Origin: a virus
IMG/VR virus record: IMGVR_UViG_3300034152_001291
Span: 60,704-124,703 of that record
DNA length: 64,000 nt
Direction: 5' to 3' (one strand)
Both the position numbers and the translations under genes were made by a program. Below, piece by piece: positions 9,681 through 19,003 of the stretch; position 1 is the first letter of the stretch; each line of letters begins with the position of its first letter. A model generated the notes under the pieces. That model was not told where the DNA came from and ran no database searches. It saw only the letters and a program-made list of their open reading frames with translations.

Positions 9681-10039
9681 AAGACGCAAACGCGAACCCC
9701 GAAGTCCATCTGCCCAAGATCATCGAGGAAAAGATCAAGAAGCAGATCGACGAATCGGCGAAAGAGCCTGAGGGCGCCCACGAGGACGCTCGGGTGGAAC
9801 GAGAGCCCACGATCACGAAGATGTCCTCGTCACAGTTCTACGCCGAGGCCGGCCAGGCTCTGAGAAATCTGGTCGAGAAGGTCGCGGCCGAGAAGCCGTG
9901 CCCCGGAGGAAAGATCCGCTCCAAGGGGAAGGGAAGAGGGGCTGGAGTCGGGGGCGGGAAGGGGCCTCTCGGCGTCCCCATCGGGAAGAAGGGAGTCCTG
10001 ACCCTCGAGGACATCAAGAAGAAACTCAAGGAGAAGTAG
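9677..10039 (+). CDS. Lys/Gly-rich hypothetical protein
   Basis: ATGA overlap with previous gene; contains EKVAA motif. Confidence 0.55.
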   Translation: MKDANANPEVHLPKIIEEKIKKQIDESAKEPEGAHEDARVEREPTITKMSSSQFYAEAGQALRNLVEKVAAEKPCPGGKIRSKGKGRGAGVGGGKGPLGVPIGKKGVLTLEDIKKKLKEK

Positions 10040-10048
10040 AGGGAGACG

Positions 10049-10486
10049 ATGCCCGTTGCTGTGATCGAGATGACCGAGGGGGTGGATCCTGAGATCATGC
10101 AGGAGTTCGCCTCCGAGGTGGTGACGGGGATGCGGGAGGTGATCTACCGCACGGCCAAGCACAGATCAGGCCGGCTGGAGGAGAGTCTCAGGGCGATTGT
10201 GTACGGGAGAACCATCGTGGTGGAGTCGAGCGAGCCGTACGCGGAGGTCCTGAACAAAGGCACGCACTGGTCCAGGGTGATGTGGGATTTGATTGGAAAA
10301 GTCATCCCGATAAAATTAGATGACGGTCGGATCATCTTCAGGAAAGCGACCCTGGACAGTGTTCTGAGGGGAAAGTGGAGAACCAAGCCCCGGACCGGCA
10401 CCGAGTTCGTCCGGAAGGGGGCGGAGATAGCGAGATCGAGAATGTCCGCCAGGGCGTTCCTGAATTTTTCGGTCCGCGCAGTCTAA
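10049..10486 (+). CDS. Probable neck/tail completion protein (HK97 gp10-like)
   Basis: Basic protein with RSGRLEESL...PYAEVLNKGT pattern; synteny. Confidence 0.5.
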   Translation: MPVAVIEMTEGVDPEIMQEFASEVVTGMREVIYRTAKHRSGRLEESLRAIVYGRTIVVESSEPYAEVLNKGTHWSRVMWDLIGKVIPIKLDDGRIIFRKATLDSVLRGKWRTKPRTGTEFVRKGAEIARSRMSARAFLNFSVRAV

Positions 10487-10496
10487 GGAGGAGAAG

Positions 10497-10778
10497 ATGC
10501 CTTACGATCAGTTCGACGAAGCGGAACAGGCTTTCGGAGAGGATCTCGCCGGCTTGCTCGGCGTGTCCGACCTCTCCAAGCTAGCGGAGTTCTCGACCCC
10601 TGTCGGGACCCCGCAGGAGAAGGAGATCCCCAAGACGGCATCGGGACCGAGGTCAGTCGCCGGGATGTCGCTCCGGGAAGTCTTCGACAACCCCTACTTC
10701 CGTCAGGGCCTGGCGGAGGAGTGGGACAGTCTCCGTTCCATCTGGGAACCGGTTTTGCTGAACCTCCTGGGAAGGTAG
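10497..10778 (+). CDS. Hypothetical protein
   Basis: AAGGAGG SD; K-x-A motifs (SKLAE, PKTAS). Confidence 0.65.
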   Translation: MPYDQFDEAEQAFGEDLAGLLGVSDLSKLAEFSTPVGTPQEKEIPKTASGPRSVAGMSLREVFDNPYFRQGLAEEWDSLRSIWEPVLLNLLGR

Positions 10779-10781
10779 CGG

Positions 10782-11444
10782 ATGTCGTCCACCCCCGATT
10801 ACGGCGACAAGTTCACCAGGGTCGGGGACTATATCCGCTACCCGAAGAGGGTCCTACTCCAGGCGCTGACGGAAGGCTTCAAGCAGGAATACCTCTTCAC
10901 GGACGGGAATTCGGGTGAGCGGTTCCCAAATCCGTACCTCTACAAGGAAACGCCTGACGGCGAGACGGCCCCGGAGAGTGAGATTGAACTGGCAGACGCG
11001 TGGACCGACGAGCTGAACAAGACCGATCCGAGACCCATGGTCATCGTGAGACGGGACCAGTTCGTCTGGACCGAGTCTTCCATCAACAGCCTGCGGGATC
11101 CGGACGTTCCGAGGGGCAGGATTCAGAAGTTCAACGACCTCGTGAACATGCCGCTCGTCTTCAACTGTTTCGCCAGGGAGGACGTGGAGTCGGAAGAGTT
11201 GGCTCTCGTGGTCGGGATGTTCCTCCGGCTTTTCCGGGACATTCACATGCAGCGTACCCGGCTCCAGAAGATGTCCGTTCCGATCATCGGGTCGACCACG
11301 CCCGTGCTCTCGGACTCCGAAATCGAACTGTTCGTGACGCCGGTCAGCCTGACCACTTACATGACCATCGCCTGGCAGGTCCAGTACCAGGAACTTCGGG
11401 AGGTGAAGTCCTTCCAGGTGAACATCTCTACAGAGGGAGATTGA
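10782..11444 (+). CDS. Probable tail terminator / sheath stabiliser
   Basis: 220 aa immediately upstream of sheath gene; synteny. Confidence 0.5.
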   Translation: MSSTPDYGDKFTRVGDYIRYPKRVLLQALTEGFKQEYLFTDGNSGERFPNPYLYKETPDGETAPESEIELADAWTDELNKTDPRPMVIVRRDQFVWTESSINSLRDPDVPRGRIQKFNDLVNMPLVFNCFAREDVESEELALVVGMFLRLFRDIHMQRTRLQKMSVPIIGSTTPVLSDSEIELFVTPVSLTTYMTIAWQVQYQELREVKSFQVNISTEGD

Positions 11445-11445
11445 G

Positions 11446-14400
11446 ATGAGCCTCAGAACTTCGGTCGAGATCACCCAGCGGTTCGTGACGCCCGCGCCCA
11501 TCGTGGAGGACGCGCAGAATCCTCTCGTCCTGATCGGTGTCAATCGCCAGATGGTCTGGAGAGGAAACGCTGGCTACTACGAGGGCGGCCAGTCCAACAG
11601 CCCCTTCAACTTCCCAGGCCTGGAGGCCGGCGCCAAGGTGGAACAGCCGTCCGCGGTCGACGAGATCTTGCGGCCCCACGTCTTCATCTCGAACCGATTC
11701 GGGGTGGCCGAGGTCTCTCCCTCGTACAACTTCAGCGTGGACCCCCCGGTCTACACTCTCTCCCCGACCCTCTCAGCCACCTTCGAGGTTTCGGAAGGAG
11801 CCACGGGGGCCTACTCCTCGACCTCCGGGAAGTTCATCGACGCCAACGCCGACTTCATCATCGACGAGGTGGCCGCGGGTGACGTGATCCTGGTGGATGG
11901 GTACCCCACCTTCGACGTCGACGCCATCGTCTCGGACACGGAGCTCGACGTCACCCGAATCAACAAGGGCGCGGACACCTGGACCGGGGATCTCGGCGAC
12001 GAGGACGCCAGCCTGGACCGGACTTTCGTCGACCTCACCTTCGATTTCGAGGCCTCCGGGGTCGTCGCCGGCGACGTCCTCACCGTCGAGGGGTGGGACA
12101 TCCTGATCCAGGGGGACGGGATCGACTACTCGGTGGAGACGGGCGGCGTCCGCACGATCACGGGAACCCAGTACGACTTCACCGCCGCGGGCATTCAGCC
12201 CCCGATCACGGGCCCTCCCTACCAGGTGGACATCGTTTGGGTCCAGGACGCGGATCTCGACTGGGTGCCGGCCTTCAAGGTGAGCGCCAACGTCGGGACG
12301 ACGACGATGGACGCCGTGAACCTGATCACCTCTCCGGCGTGGCCTGCGTCGACGGCCGAGGAGACCGACAAGGTCTTCGAGGTCTTCCACTACACGCAGA
12401 TCGATCTCACGGGCGGCTCGCTCTACTCGGACTCCAACGGCGCCTACACCGCCGAGACGGGAGGGAACCGCACCTTCAACATCGGCGGCGGGAACCCGAA
12501 CGCCATCGACCTCACGACCCTGGGACTGGTTCCCGGCCAGCACAGCGTGGTGGTGCACGGGATCAACGACGCGGGAGGGACGACGAACGCCCGGCCGATC
12601 TTCAAGATCGTCTCCGTGGATTCGGCGACCCAGCTGACGGTTCAGAACTGGGATCCCGACCGCCCGCAGTCGTCTGCGACGGGCACGGGTGTGACCTGGG
12701 AGATCTGGAATGACGGGGGATCCCCGCTCCTGAGCTCTCTCGGCGCCTCGATCACGGCCGAGAGCGTCCCGAACGTGCCGGCGGGAGAGCGGTACATGAC
12801 GGCCGTCAACAAGGACTTCGAGGCTGCGGGCGTGGCCGTGGGCGACACGGTCTACAGCGCCTCGGGGCAGGCCATGTTCGAGGTCACGGTCGTCGGCGCC
12901 AGCACCAACCCCGGTTTCCCCGGGGCCCTGAACCAGTACGAGATGTTCATCAAGAACCTGGTTCCCGGGACGCCTCCCTCGAGCTGGACGGATTCGAACT
13001 TCGCCTTCTACGTGGCCGATCAGACGGAGGCCGACCTGACGGTGAGCCGGGTCGTCGACGCCAACAACCTGATCGTCCGGAATCTCAACGCCGGGACGCC
13101 TCCGGACCAGGCCTTCACCGACCTGAAGTACACCATCACCGCCTACGACAACCTCTCGAACCTGGACTACACGATCGAGAAGACGATCTCGGGCTCCAGC
13201 CTGGCTGGAACCGTTCTGACCACGTTCACCGCGCGCCGGAACGTCTACGCCTCCAACCCGGTCCAGGTGAACGACGACACCTGGGAGGACCTATTGGGGT
13301 TCCCCGTGCCCGCCAATCCTCTCGGGATGGCAGCCCGAATCGCGACCCTGAACTCGACCTTCCCGGTCTACGCCCTCCAGGTCGAGGACGACACCGTGCA
13401 GTCCTGGACGGACGCGATCGAGCACCTGAAGAGCGACCTCTTCTACATCCTGGTCCCGCTGACGCAGAACGAAAGCGTCCTCTCGGCCTTCCGCAACCAC
13501 GTGGACGAGCAGTCCACGCCGGAGGTGAAGCGCGACCGGATCATGTTCCAGAACCATCTCTTCGAGCGCCAGACCACCCGGGCCACGGGAAGCACGTCCA
13601 CCTTCAACAAGACCACGACGACCACGACCGTCACCGTGGCGGAAGATCTCGTGGCGCAGGGCGTGATCGTCGGGGACCTGATGGAAGGCACCGCCGACGT
13701 GTCCGGAACCGAGTACGACTTCTCGGCCCGGATCATCTCGATCCAGTCGGGAGCGACCACGATCCTGACCGTGGTCAACGACAACGGAATCGGAGGGGCG
13801 CCTCCGGTCAGTGGAACGATCGACGACTGGACGATCAAGTCCAGGTCCCTGACCGACGCCGAGTACGCCGGAGAGATCGCCGAATACGCGGAGGGCATCG
13901 CGAACCGGCGCATCCGGAACGTCTTCCCCTACAACATCGAGGTGGAGTTCACCGACGAAACCGACCCAACCGAGCAGTCCGGTTTCTACGGGGGCGGCGA
14001 CGTCATCCAGCAGGTTCCGGCCTACTTCCTGGCCGCGATGTTCGGCGCCATGCGCGCGACCGAGAAACCGGCGCAGTCTCTCACCAAGATTCCCGGCACG
14101 GGGATCTACCGTCTCCTGAATCCCTTCGGGGACTTCTACGGCGGAAACGAGGAGTTGAACGACGTCGTCCTCGACGGCGGGAACTGGGTGGCCTCCCAAG
14201 CCCAGGCGGGCGGGGATGTCATCGCGGGGCGCGCCGTGACCACGGACACGAGCGACGTCCTCAAGCTCGAGGATTCGGTCACCGTCCAGATCGACAACCT
14301 GGCCCGCTTCCTGCGCAGGCAGATGGACCCCCTCCTCGGCCCGTACAACATCGAGGGGAGCTATTTCGACATCGTGAGCGCCAACGTGGAGAGTGTCCGG

Positions 14401-14550
14401 ACCAAGGTCGTGGACGAGGACAGGGATCTCCGGGAACTCGATTTCCTGGACATCCGGGAGGTCGAGAACCTTCCCAACACGATCGCCCTGGATTTCGACG
14501 CAACTCCGTTCGTGGGCGCCGCGTCCATGAAGATCACGATCTACATCTGA
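11446..14550 (+). CDS. Tail sheath protein with large beta-rich insertion
   Basis: C-terminal sheath-like region (YILVPLTQ...VPAYFLAAMFGAMRA...EDSVTVQIDNLARFLR...ITIYI); followed by tube gene. Confidence 0.75.
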   Translation: MSLRTSVEITQRFVTPAPIVEDAQNPLVLIGVNRQMVWRGNAGYYEGGQSNSPFNFPGLEAGAKVEQPSAVDEILRPHVFISNRFGVAEVSPSYNFSVDPPVYTLSPTLSATFEVSEGATGAYSSTSGKFIDANADFIIDEVAAGDVILVDGYPTFDVDAIVSDTELDVTRINKGADTWTGDLGDEDASLDRTFVDLTFDFEASGVVAGDVLTVEGWDILIQGDGIDYSVETGGVRTITGTQYDFTAAGIQPPITGPPYQVDIVWVQDADLDWVPAFKVSANVGTTTMDAVNLITSPAWPASTAEETDKVFEVFHYTQIDLTGGSLYSDSNGAYTAETGGNRTFNIGGGNPNAIDLTTLGLVPGQHSVVVHGINDAGGTTNARPIFKIVSVDSATQLTVQNWDPDRPQSSATGTGVTWEIWNDGGSPLLSSLGASITAESVPNVPAGERYMTAVNKDFEAAGVAVGDTVYSASGQAMFEVTVVGASTNPGFPGALNQYEMFIKNLVPGTPPSSWTDSNFAFYVADQTEADLTVSRVVDANNLIVRNLNAGTPPDQAFTDLKYTITAYDNLSNLDYTIEKTISGSSLAGTVLTTFTARRNVYASNPVQVNDDTWEDLLGFPVPANPLGMAARIATLNSTFPVYALQVEDDTVQSWTDAIEHLKSDLFYILVPLTQNESVLSAFRNHVDEQSTPEVKRDRIMFQNHLFERQTTRATGSTSTFNKTTTTTTVTVAEDLVAQGVIVGDLMEGTADVSGTEYDFSARIISIQSGATTILTVVNDNGIGGAPPVSGTIDDWTIKSRSLTDAEYAGEIAEYAEGIANRRIRNVFPYNIEVEFTDETDPTEQSGFYGGGDVIQQVPAYFLAAMFGAMRATEKPAQSLTKIPGTGIYRLLNPFGDFYGGNEELNDVVLDGGNWVASQAQAGGDVIAGRAVTTDTSDVLKLEDSVTVQIDNLARFLRRQMDPLLGPYNIEGSYFDIVSANVESVRTKVVDEDRDLRELDFLDIREVENLPNTIALDFDATPFVGAASMKITIYI

Positions 14551-14565
14551 GAAAAGGAGCAGAAC

Positions 14566-15312
14566 ATGGCCCGCACCAGCTTCGTCAACTGGAACTTCGC
14601 CTCGGAGCATGTCCAGGCGGAACTCCAGAACGGTGAGTACGTCACGGCGGAGTCCGCCCTGATCTTGGCGGGCCCCTCGCGCCTGGCCATGGTCCAGGAC
14701 GACAACGCGGACGCCTTGGCCGCCAAGAGCTACTTCTATCCGATCGGTCTCTTGCAGACCTTGCAGGTGGCCCAGAACCGCCAGGTAGCTCGTCTTTTCG
14801 AGATCGGATCGAAGCGGTCCTACTTCGTCCCTGGGCGCCTCTTCGCCAACTTCCAGGTCAACCGCATCCTCTTCTACGGGCCGAGCCTCCTGCGGCTTAT
14901 GTACGCCGTGGCGCCCAGAAGGGGCTACGGGCAGCCGTTCAACTTCGCCGCGGACGGAACGACTCCCCGGCAGCAGGACCAGCTGCGAACGCCGCCGAGC
15001 TACGAGAGCCTCTTTCCGGCGGCCGGGAGCCGGTTCCAGCTCGCTCCTGGTTTCGGGGCGCGTTCGAACAACGACAACCGGGACTTCTTCATCAACCTGG
15101 CGAGCGAGCTCTTCAACATCCCGACCGGCCTCTGCCCGTTCTTCAAGGACGCCCGGAACCGTCCCTATGGGGCGTTCTACATGGAGGACTGCATGATCGA
15201 GGCGCACTCGATCGGCGTCGACTCCAACAACGTGATCATCGCCGAGGGTGTGAACGGGCAGTTCGACATGGTCCGCCCGATCCAGGTGTACGACTTGAGA
15301 CAGGCGGCGTAG
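14566..15312 (+). CDS. Tail tube protein
   Basis: PIGLLQTLQVAQNRQVARLFEIGS..YFVPG pattern; follows sheath gene. Confidence 0.7.
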   Translation: MARTSFVNWNFASEHVQAELQNGEYVTAESALILAGPSRLAMVQDDNADALAAKSYFYPIGLLQTLQVAQNRQVARLFEIGSKRSYFVPGRLFANFQVNRILFYGPSLLRLMYAVAPRRGYGQPFNFAADGTTPRQQDQLRTPPSYESLFPAAGSRFQLAPGFGARSNNDNRDFFINLASELFNIPTGLCPFFKDARNRPYGAFYMEDCMIEAHSIGVDSNNVIIAEGVNGQFDMVRPIQVYDLRQAA

Positions 15313-15320
15313 AAACTCGC

Positions 15321-16172
15321 CTATTCCTCTTCATCCTGCGGACCCCCTGGTTTTTCCGGGGGGTTCGCTCTCATTTCCGGGGGGATATCAGATTCCTTGA
15401 GAAGGATGAAGAGTTTTCTCAAAGCAGTCGATTCGATCTGGCGGATCCTCTCCCTCGATTTCTTGTAGACCAGGGATATGTCCGCCAGTGTCTGTTCCTG
15501 GCAGCCGATTCCGTAGCGCCGGCGGATGACGTCCTCTTCAAGCGTGGTGAGCCTCTTTAGAACACGCCCTATGCTCTCTCTTACTTCCTTTCCGACAGAC
15601 TGGCTGATGGGGCTCTCCTGGGTATCGGCCGGGATCTCGCCGGAAAGATTGTGGGCAATCATGGCTCGGTCTTCCTTGTACTTCTGGAAGACCCGCGTTT
15701 TGTAGGAGGACCACCCGAGGTACTCGGCCACTTCCCTGTCCGTCGGGGATCGTCCGAGCATTTCCGTCAGGTCTCTCTTGCCCGTCTTGTAGGCGTGAGC
15801 CATGTTGGTGAGGGACGCCACGGTTTCCTTCTCGAAGAACTTCAGTCCCTTCCGTATCCCGGACTCTATCCAGCAGACCGCGTAGGTAGAGAACTTGAAA
15901 CCGAGCTCGACCTTGAACCGGTCTATCGCCGTGAACAGGCCTCGGATCCCGTCGCTGATGAGAGTCATGGTGCGGGGGTCGTTCGGGGAGCAGAAGCGAA
16001 GGACTCTCGAGATGACCAACCGGATGTTGGCTTTGATGAAGTGCTCTTTTGCTTCTTGGTCTCCCTTCTTGATTCGGAGGAGGAGGCGCTTCTCCTCTGC
16101 GGGAGTTAGAACTTCGACCCCCTCGAACATCCTGCAAAAGTCTCCGAAGTCGGAGTCTTCGTACTTCTTCAT
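15321..16172 (-). CDS. Sigma-70 family RNA polymerase sigma factor (RpoD/RpoS-like)
   Basis: Region 1.2 LTPAEE, region 2 ANIRLV...KFSTYAVCWI, region 4 TLADIS...SRERIRQIESTALRKL. Confidence 0.92.
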   Translation of the reverse strand: MKKYEDSDFGDFCRMFEGVEVLTPAEEKRLLLRIKKGDQEAKEHFIKANIRLVISRVLRFCSPNDPRTMTLISDGIRGLFTAIDRFKVELGFKFSTYAVCWIESGIRKGLKFFEKETVASLTNMAHAYKTGKRDLTEMLGRSPTDREVAEYLGWSSYKTRVFQKYKEDRAMIAHNLSGEIPADTQESPISQSVGKEVRESIGRVLKRLTTLEEDVIRRRYGIGCQEQTLADISLVYKKSRERIRQIESTALRKLFILLKESDIPPEMRANPPEKPGGPQDEEE

Positions 16173-16630
16173 TTCCTGAAGTCTTCGAAGTGGTCAACCT
16201 GGGAGAGGATGCGGTTCCTCAGCATGGGTGCTTCGAACTTGGTGGTGAAGATGATCAGGTCCCACTGGGATCTGTAGACCGGACTTCTTCCAGCCTCTGC
16301 CTGCACCGACATCGACGTCCCCTGAAGTGTCCGGTAGACCACCTCGCCGAGCGTCTCCATGTCTTGGGGGCTGATCTTCTTGAAGTGCATTACGATTTTT
16401 GACTGGGTCGGCGAGAGGTCCATGATGGTGTGGTTCAGGTGGAATCGAGGGTACTCCCTGTGGACCCACGTAGGCTCGAGTCCTGAGGGTTCGTCGCCCA
16501 TGCTCTCGAGCCCCCCGCTGTCCTTCAGGTAGCTTTTGAAGGCGCCTGGCGCGTAGGTCTCGAGGGCCTTCTTGAACTTGGGGTCGGTCGGGAGGATTAT
16601 CTTGTGCTCGCTTTTCTTCTCCTCACTCAT
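16169..16630 (-). CDS. Hypothetical protein
   Basis: Start MSEEKK after GAGG SD; overlaps neighbours at both ends. Confidence 0.6.
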   Translation of the reverse strand: MSEEKKSEHKIILPTDPKFKKALETYAPGAFKSYLKDSGGLESMGDEPSGLEPTWVHREYPRFHLNHTIMDLSPTQSKIVMHFKKISPQDMETLGEVVYRTLQGTSMSVQAEAGRSPVYRSQWDLIIFTTKFEAPMLRNRILSQVDHFEDFRK

Positions 16631-16976
16631 CCTCGCCGCCCTCCATGATCTTCTTGTGGACGATGTCCTTGATCGCGGCACGGGCGTTGTCCAGGGCCAT
16701 GTTGTAGGCGATCTTGCGGTGCTCGACTTTGTTGTTCTCCCGCATCTCCCCGCGAATTTGATCGAGCTTCCCGCTCAAATCCTCGAGAGTCTTGTTCAGC
16801 GTCTCGACTCCCTTTATCGCTCGAACCGCCAGGGACATCACCCCGTTCATCAGCGAGCCGAGGTCTCCCCCCTCGCCGATCGTGATCAGGTCATTTCCGC
16901 AGGTGGGGCAGACGGGCTTTCCCGTTTCGGTGGGAAACTTGATTCTCGATTCGCACGCCTCGCAGTAGTAGTACAT
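16623..16976 (-). CDS. Zinc-ribbon plus coiled-coil protein
   Basis: CEAC...CPTC at N-terminus. Confidence 0.65.
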   Translation of the reverse strand: MYYYCEACESRIKFPTETGKPVCPTCGNDLITIGEGGDLGSLMNGVMSLAVRAIKGVETLNKTLEDLSGKLDQIRGEMRENNKVEHRKIAYNMALDNARAAIKDIVHKKIMEGGEDE

Positions 16977-17443
16977 TCGATCGTCTCCAGAATTCTCGCC
17001 TGTCGGTCGACCTGCTCTCTAAAAACCGAGACAAGCGTTTCAAATGGGACCCTGGCGAAGATAGCCTCCGCCAGGGCCCCGAGAAAGTGATTACGCCTGA
17101 TTCTTCGATGCCACGCCCAGTCAAGGGAGAGGTCCGCGTCGCGCTGGCTCAGTCGGACCGAAACGGTCACAGGGCGGTGTCTTTTGACGGCAGGAAGATA
17201 CTCCGGGTACGCTTCATAGACGGCCAGGAATACCCTGAAAATGTCCTGGCTGGTGCGTCCGGAGAGGCGGGAAAGGAGGGTCAGTTTCGCGTGAGTCAGC
17301 CGGTCGAAGGCCGCCCGGACGAGAAATCCGAACCGGACATCCTTCAGTCCGGAATCGAGGATGTCCGACCGCAGGACTGACAGAGGTACTTCGTTCCTTT
17401 CTGTTTGATCCCGTCCGTCTCGATGTCTGTGGTCTTCAAGCAT
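16886..17443 (-). CDS. Possible ribbon-helix-helix-like DNA-binding protein (start uncertain)
   Basis: VTVSVRLSQRDAD...RRNHFLGALAE resembles RHH; overlaps neighbours. Confidence 0.35.
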   Translation of the reverse strand: MLEDHRHRDGRDQTERNEVPLSVLRSDILDSGLKDVRFGFLVRAAFDRLTHAKLTLLSRLSGRTSQDIFRVFLAVYEAYPEYLPAVKRHRPVTVSVRLSQRDADLSLDWAWHRRIRRNHFLGALAEAIFARVPFETLVSVFREQVDRQARILETIECTTTARRANRESSFPPKRESPSAPPAEMT

Positions 17444-17508
17444 CTGAGGATCGTGGACCCGCAGTAAGGACAGCGTACGGCCCCGTCTTTGAATAGTTCC
17501 TGCTCCAC
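17344..17508 (-). CDS. 54-aa zinc-ribbon protein (absent from ORF track), probably leaderless
   Basis: GTG start, (M)EQELFKDGAVRCPYCGS...YLCQSCGRTSSIPD; starts 6 nt after a -10 box. Confidence 0.65.
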   Translation of the reverse strand: MEQELFKDGAVRCPYCGSTILRCLKTTDIETDGIKQKGTKYLCQSCGRTSSIPD

Positions 17509-17514
17509 GCTTTG

Positions 17515-17543
17515 AGCCTATATTGTCGGTGCCTCCGTGTCAA
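17515..17543 (-). promoter_or_regulatory. Sigma70-type promoter
   Basis: TTGACA-17 nt-TAGGCT on minus strand. Confidence 0.75.
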
Positions 17544-17780
17544 CGACTTGGACCGGGATTCCGGGTCCAAAGATCAGAGGAACCTGAGGATGAACTTACC
17601 ATCAACCAAAAGCAGAGTTGGTCCATGAATAGTCACCTATTTCACCGACCTTTGAGGCCTGGGGGACTCTACGCTCCCCAGGGTCGCTAGTGTGCGAGCG
17701 AGGATGTTCTGCGCGCCGATCGTGTACCCACCCTTTAGCGCGACAAAACTCCAACGAGAGATCCTGGTTTACGGAACCTC

Positions 17781-18053
17781 CTACCCAAGATGACTCTTCT
17801 CGATCTCTTCCCATGTAGGGCCGTCCTCGTCCGGGACTTCCTCGACTTCAATTCTTCGAGGTTTTCGGGATCTCTTTTCCTGAGGCACGCCGTAGAAGGG
17901 ATGATTCATTCCCTTCTTGAAGGCTCGCGTTTTTTGACACTGAGGGCAGTCGACGTCGCAGAACCTCATGGTGGCCTCAGAGTCCTTCAGATTCTTGGCG
18001 CCGCACTCTCCGACGGCTTTCTTGTCCTCGTAGTCCCTGAGAAGGTGCATCAT
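17781..18053 (-). CDS. Small Cys-containing hypothetical protein
   Basis: MMHLLRD...CDVDCPQC; follows ruvC stop. Confidence 0.5.
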   Translation of the reverse strand: MMHLLRDYEDKKAVGECGAKNLKDSEATMRFCDVDCPQCQKTRAFKKGMNHPFYGVPQEKRSRKPRRIEVEEVPDEDGPTWEEIEKSHLG

Positions 18054-18054
18054 G

Positions 18055-18588
18055 TCAGGGCCCGGTCCTTTCCGTTTGAGCCTTTCTGAGACGTCCGGCA
18101 CCCACGATCGCCACCGCCACCGCATCTCCCTCGTCGTCGTTCTCCACCTCTACGCCGTAGTCGTCCCGCAAGATCCGCATGATCTCTTCCTTCGCTTCCT
18201 TCCTCGTCCTTGGGACGCACCCCAGGACGCTTCGGATGGTCTCCTGATTGATCTCGTCGACCTCGCGGCTGGTCGCCGCCGCGGCCTCCGTGATGGCTAC
18301 GCCGGCGAACTTGAAAAGAGTCTGGGCCGTCTTCACGAACCGGAGGTGGTGGCGCTCGATCGCGGCTGTGTCCGGCTTGTTCCTCTCGAGGATGCGCCGG
18401 ATCTCCTTTTGGAACCGGACGAGCCGCTCCCCGATTCCGCCCTTGCCGACCTGAAATGAGCCATGGTCGAGGAACTCGATCTTCTTTCGCTTCCTCAGAT
18501 CGATCTGGACCACGGCATACCCTGTTCTCACCGACGACGTGTCGAGACCCAGGATCTTCGGCCGGTCAATTTTCTTCTTCTTCGGCAT
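18055..18588 (-). CDS. ruvC: Holliday junction resolvase RuvC
   Basis: ILGLDTS..TGYAVV, AAIE, DEGDAVAVA catalytic pattern. Confidence 0.85.
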   Translation of the reverse strand: MPKKKKIDRPKILGLDTSSVRTGYAVVQIDLRKRKKIEFLDHGSFQVGKGGIGERLVRFQKEIRRILERNKPDTAAIERHHLRFVKTAQTLFKFAGVAITEAAAATSREVDEINQETIRSVLGCVPRTRKEAKEEIMRILRDDYGVEVENDDEGDAVAVAIVGAGRLRKAQTERTGP

Positions 18589-19003
18589 CGGGAGGCCTCT
18601 CGATCAAATCGGCGTTCTGCTGCTTGAGCAGCTTGCTGATGATCTCCTTCCGCTTGGAGGGAGGGAGTTTGTGCCAAGGCAGATCCAGCGGCCGCGGGGG
18701 GATGACCTCGACGGGGACCTTCATGAGACGGATGAACTGGTTCACCACGTCCCGCGCAGTGATCTTGTCGACCGTCTTGTCCTCGAAGAACCAGGAAGGG
18801 ACGTCGAACTCGAACGGACGGTCTCTCGGCGTCAGGTAGTGATAGTTGAGGGACCGGTTGTTTTTCCCCGCCCTCATGATGACGTAGATGAACCAGCCGA
18901 GAACCCGCGCTCGAATGCCCATCTGGGCAGTTGGGGAGATCTCGATTTTATTGATGATGATCGACCAGAACTTCTTCACCTTTGCCGGATTCGGCTGGTC
19001 CAT
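18566..19003 (-). CDS. Hypothetical protein
   Basis: ORF in operon with overlapping ends. Confidence 0.55.
   Translation of the reverse strand: MDQPNPAKVKKFWSIIINKIEISPTAQMGIRARVLGWFIYVIMRAGKNNRSLNYHYLTPRDRPFEFDVPSWFFEDKTVDKITARDVVNQFIRLMKVPVEVIPPRPLDLPWHKLPPSKRKEIISKLLKQQNADLIERPPDAEEEEN

Noticed and set aside
13291-15207. Long antisense and alternate-frame ORFs (also 31397-34078, 52471-55197, 36498-38321, 58707-60521)
   Set aside because: Shadow ORFs expected opposite high-GC3 genes; no motifs or SD sequences.
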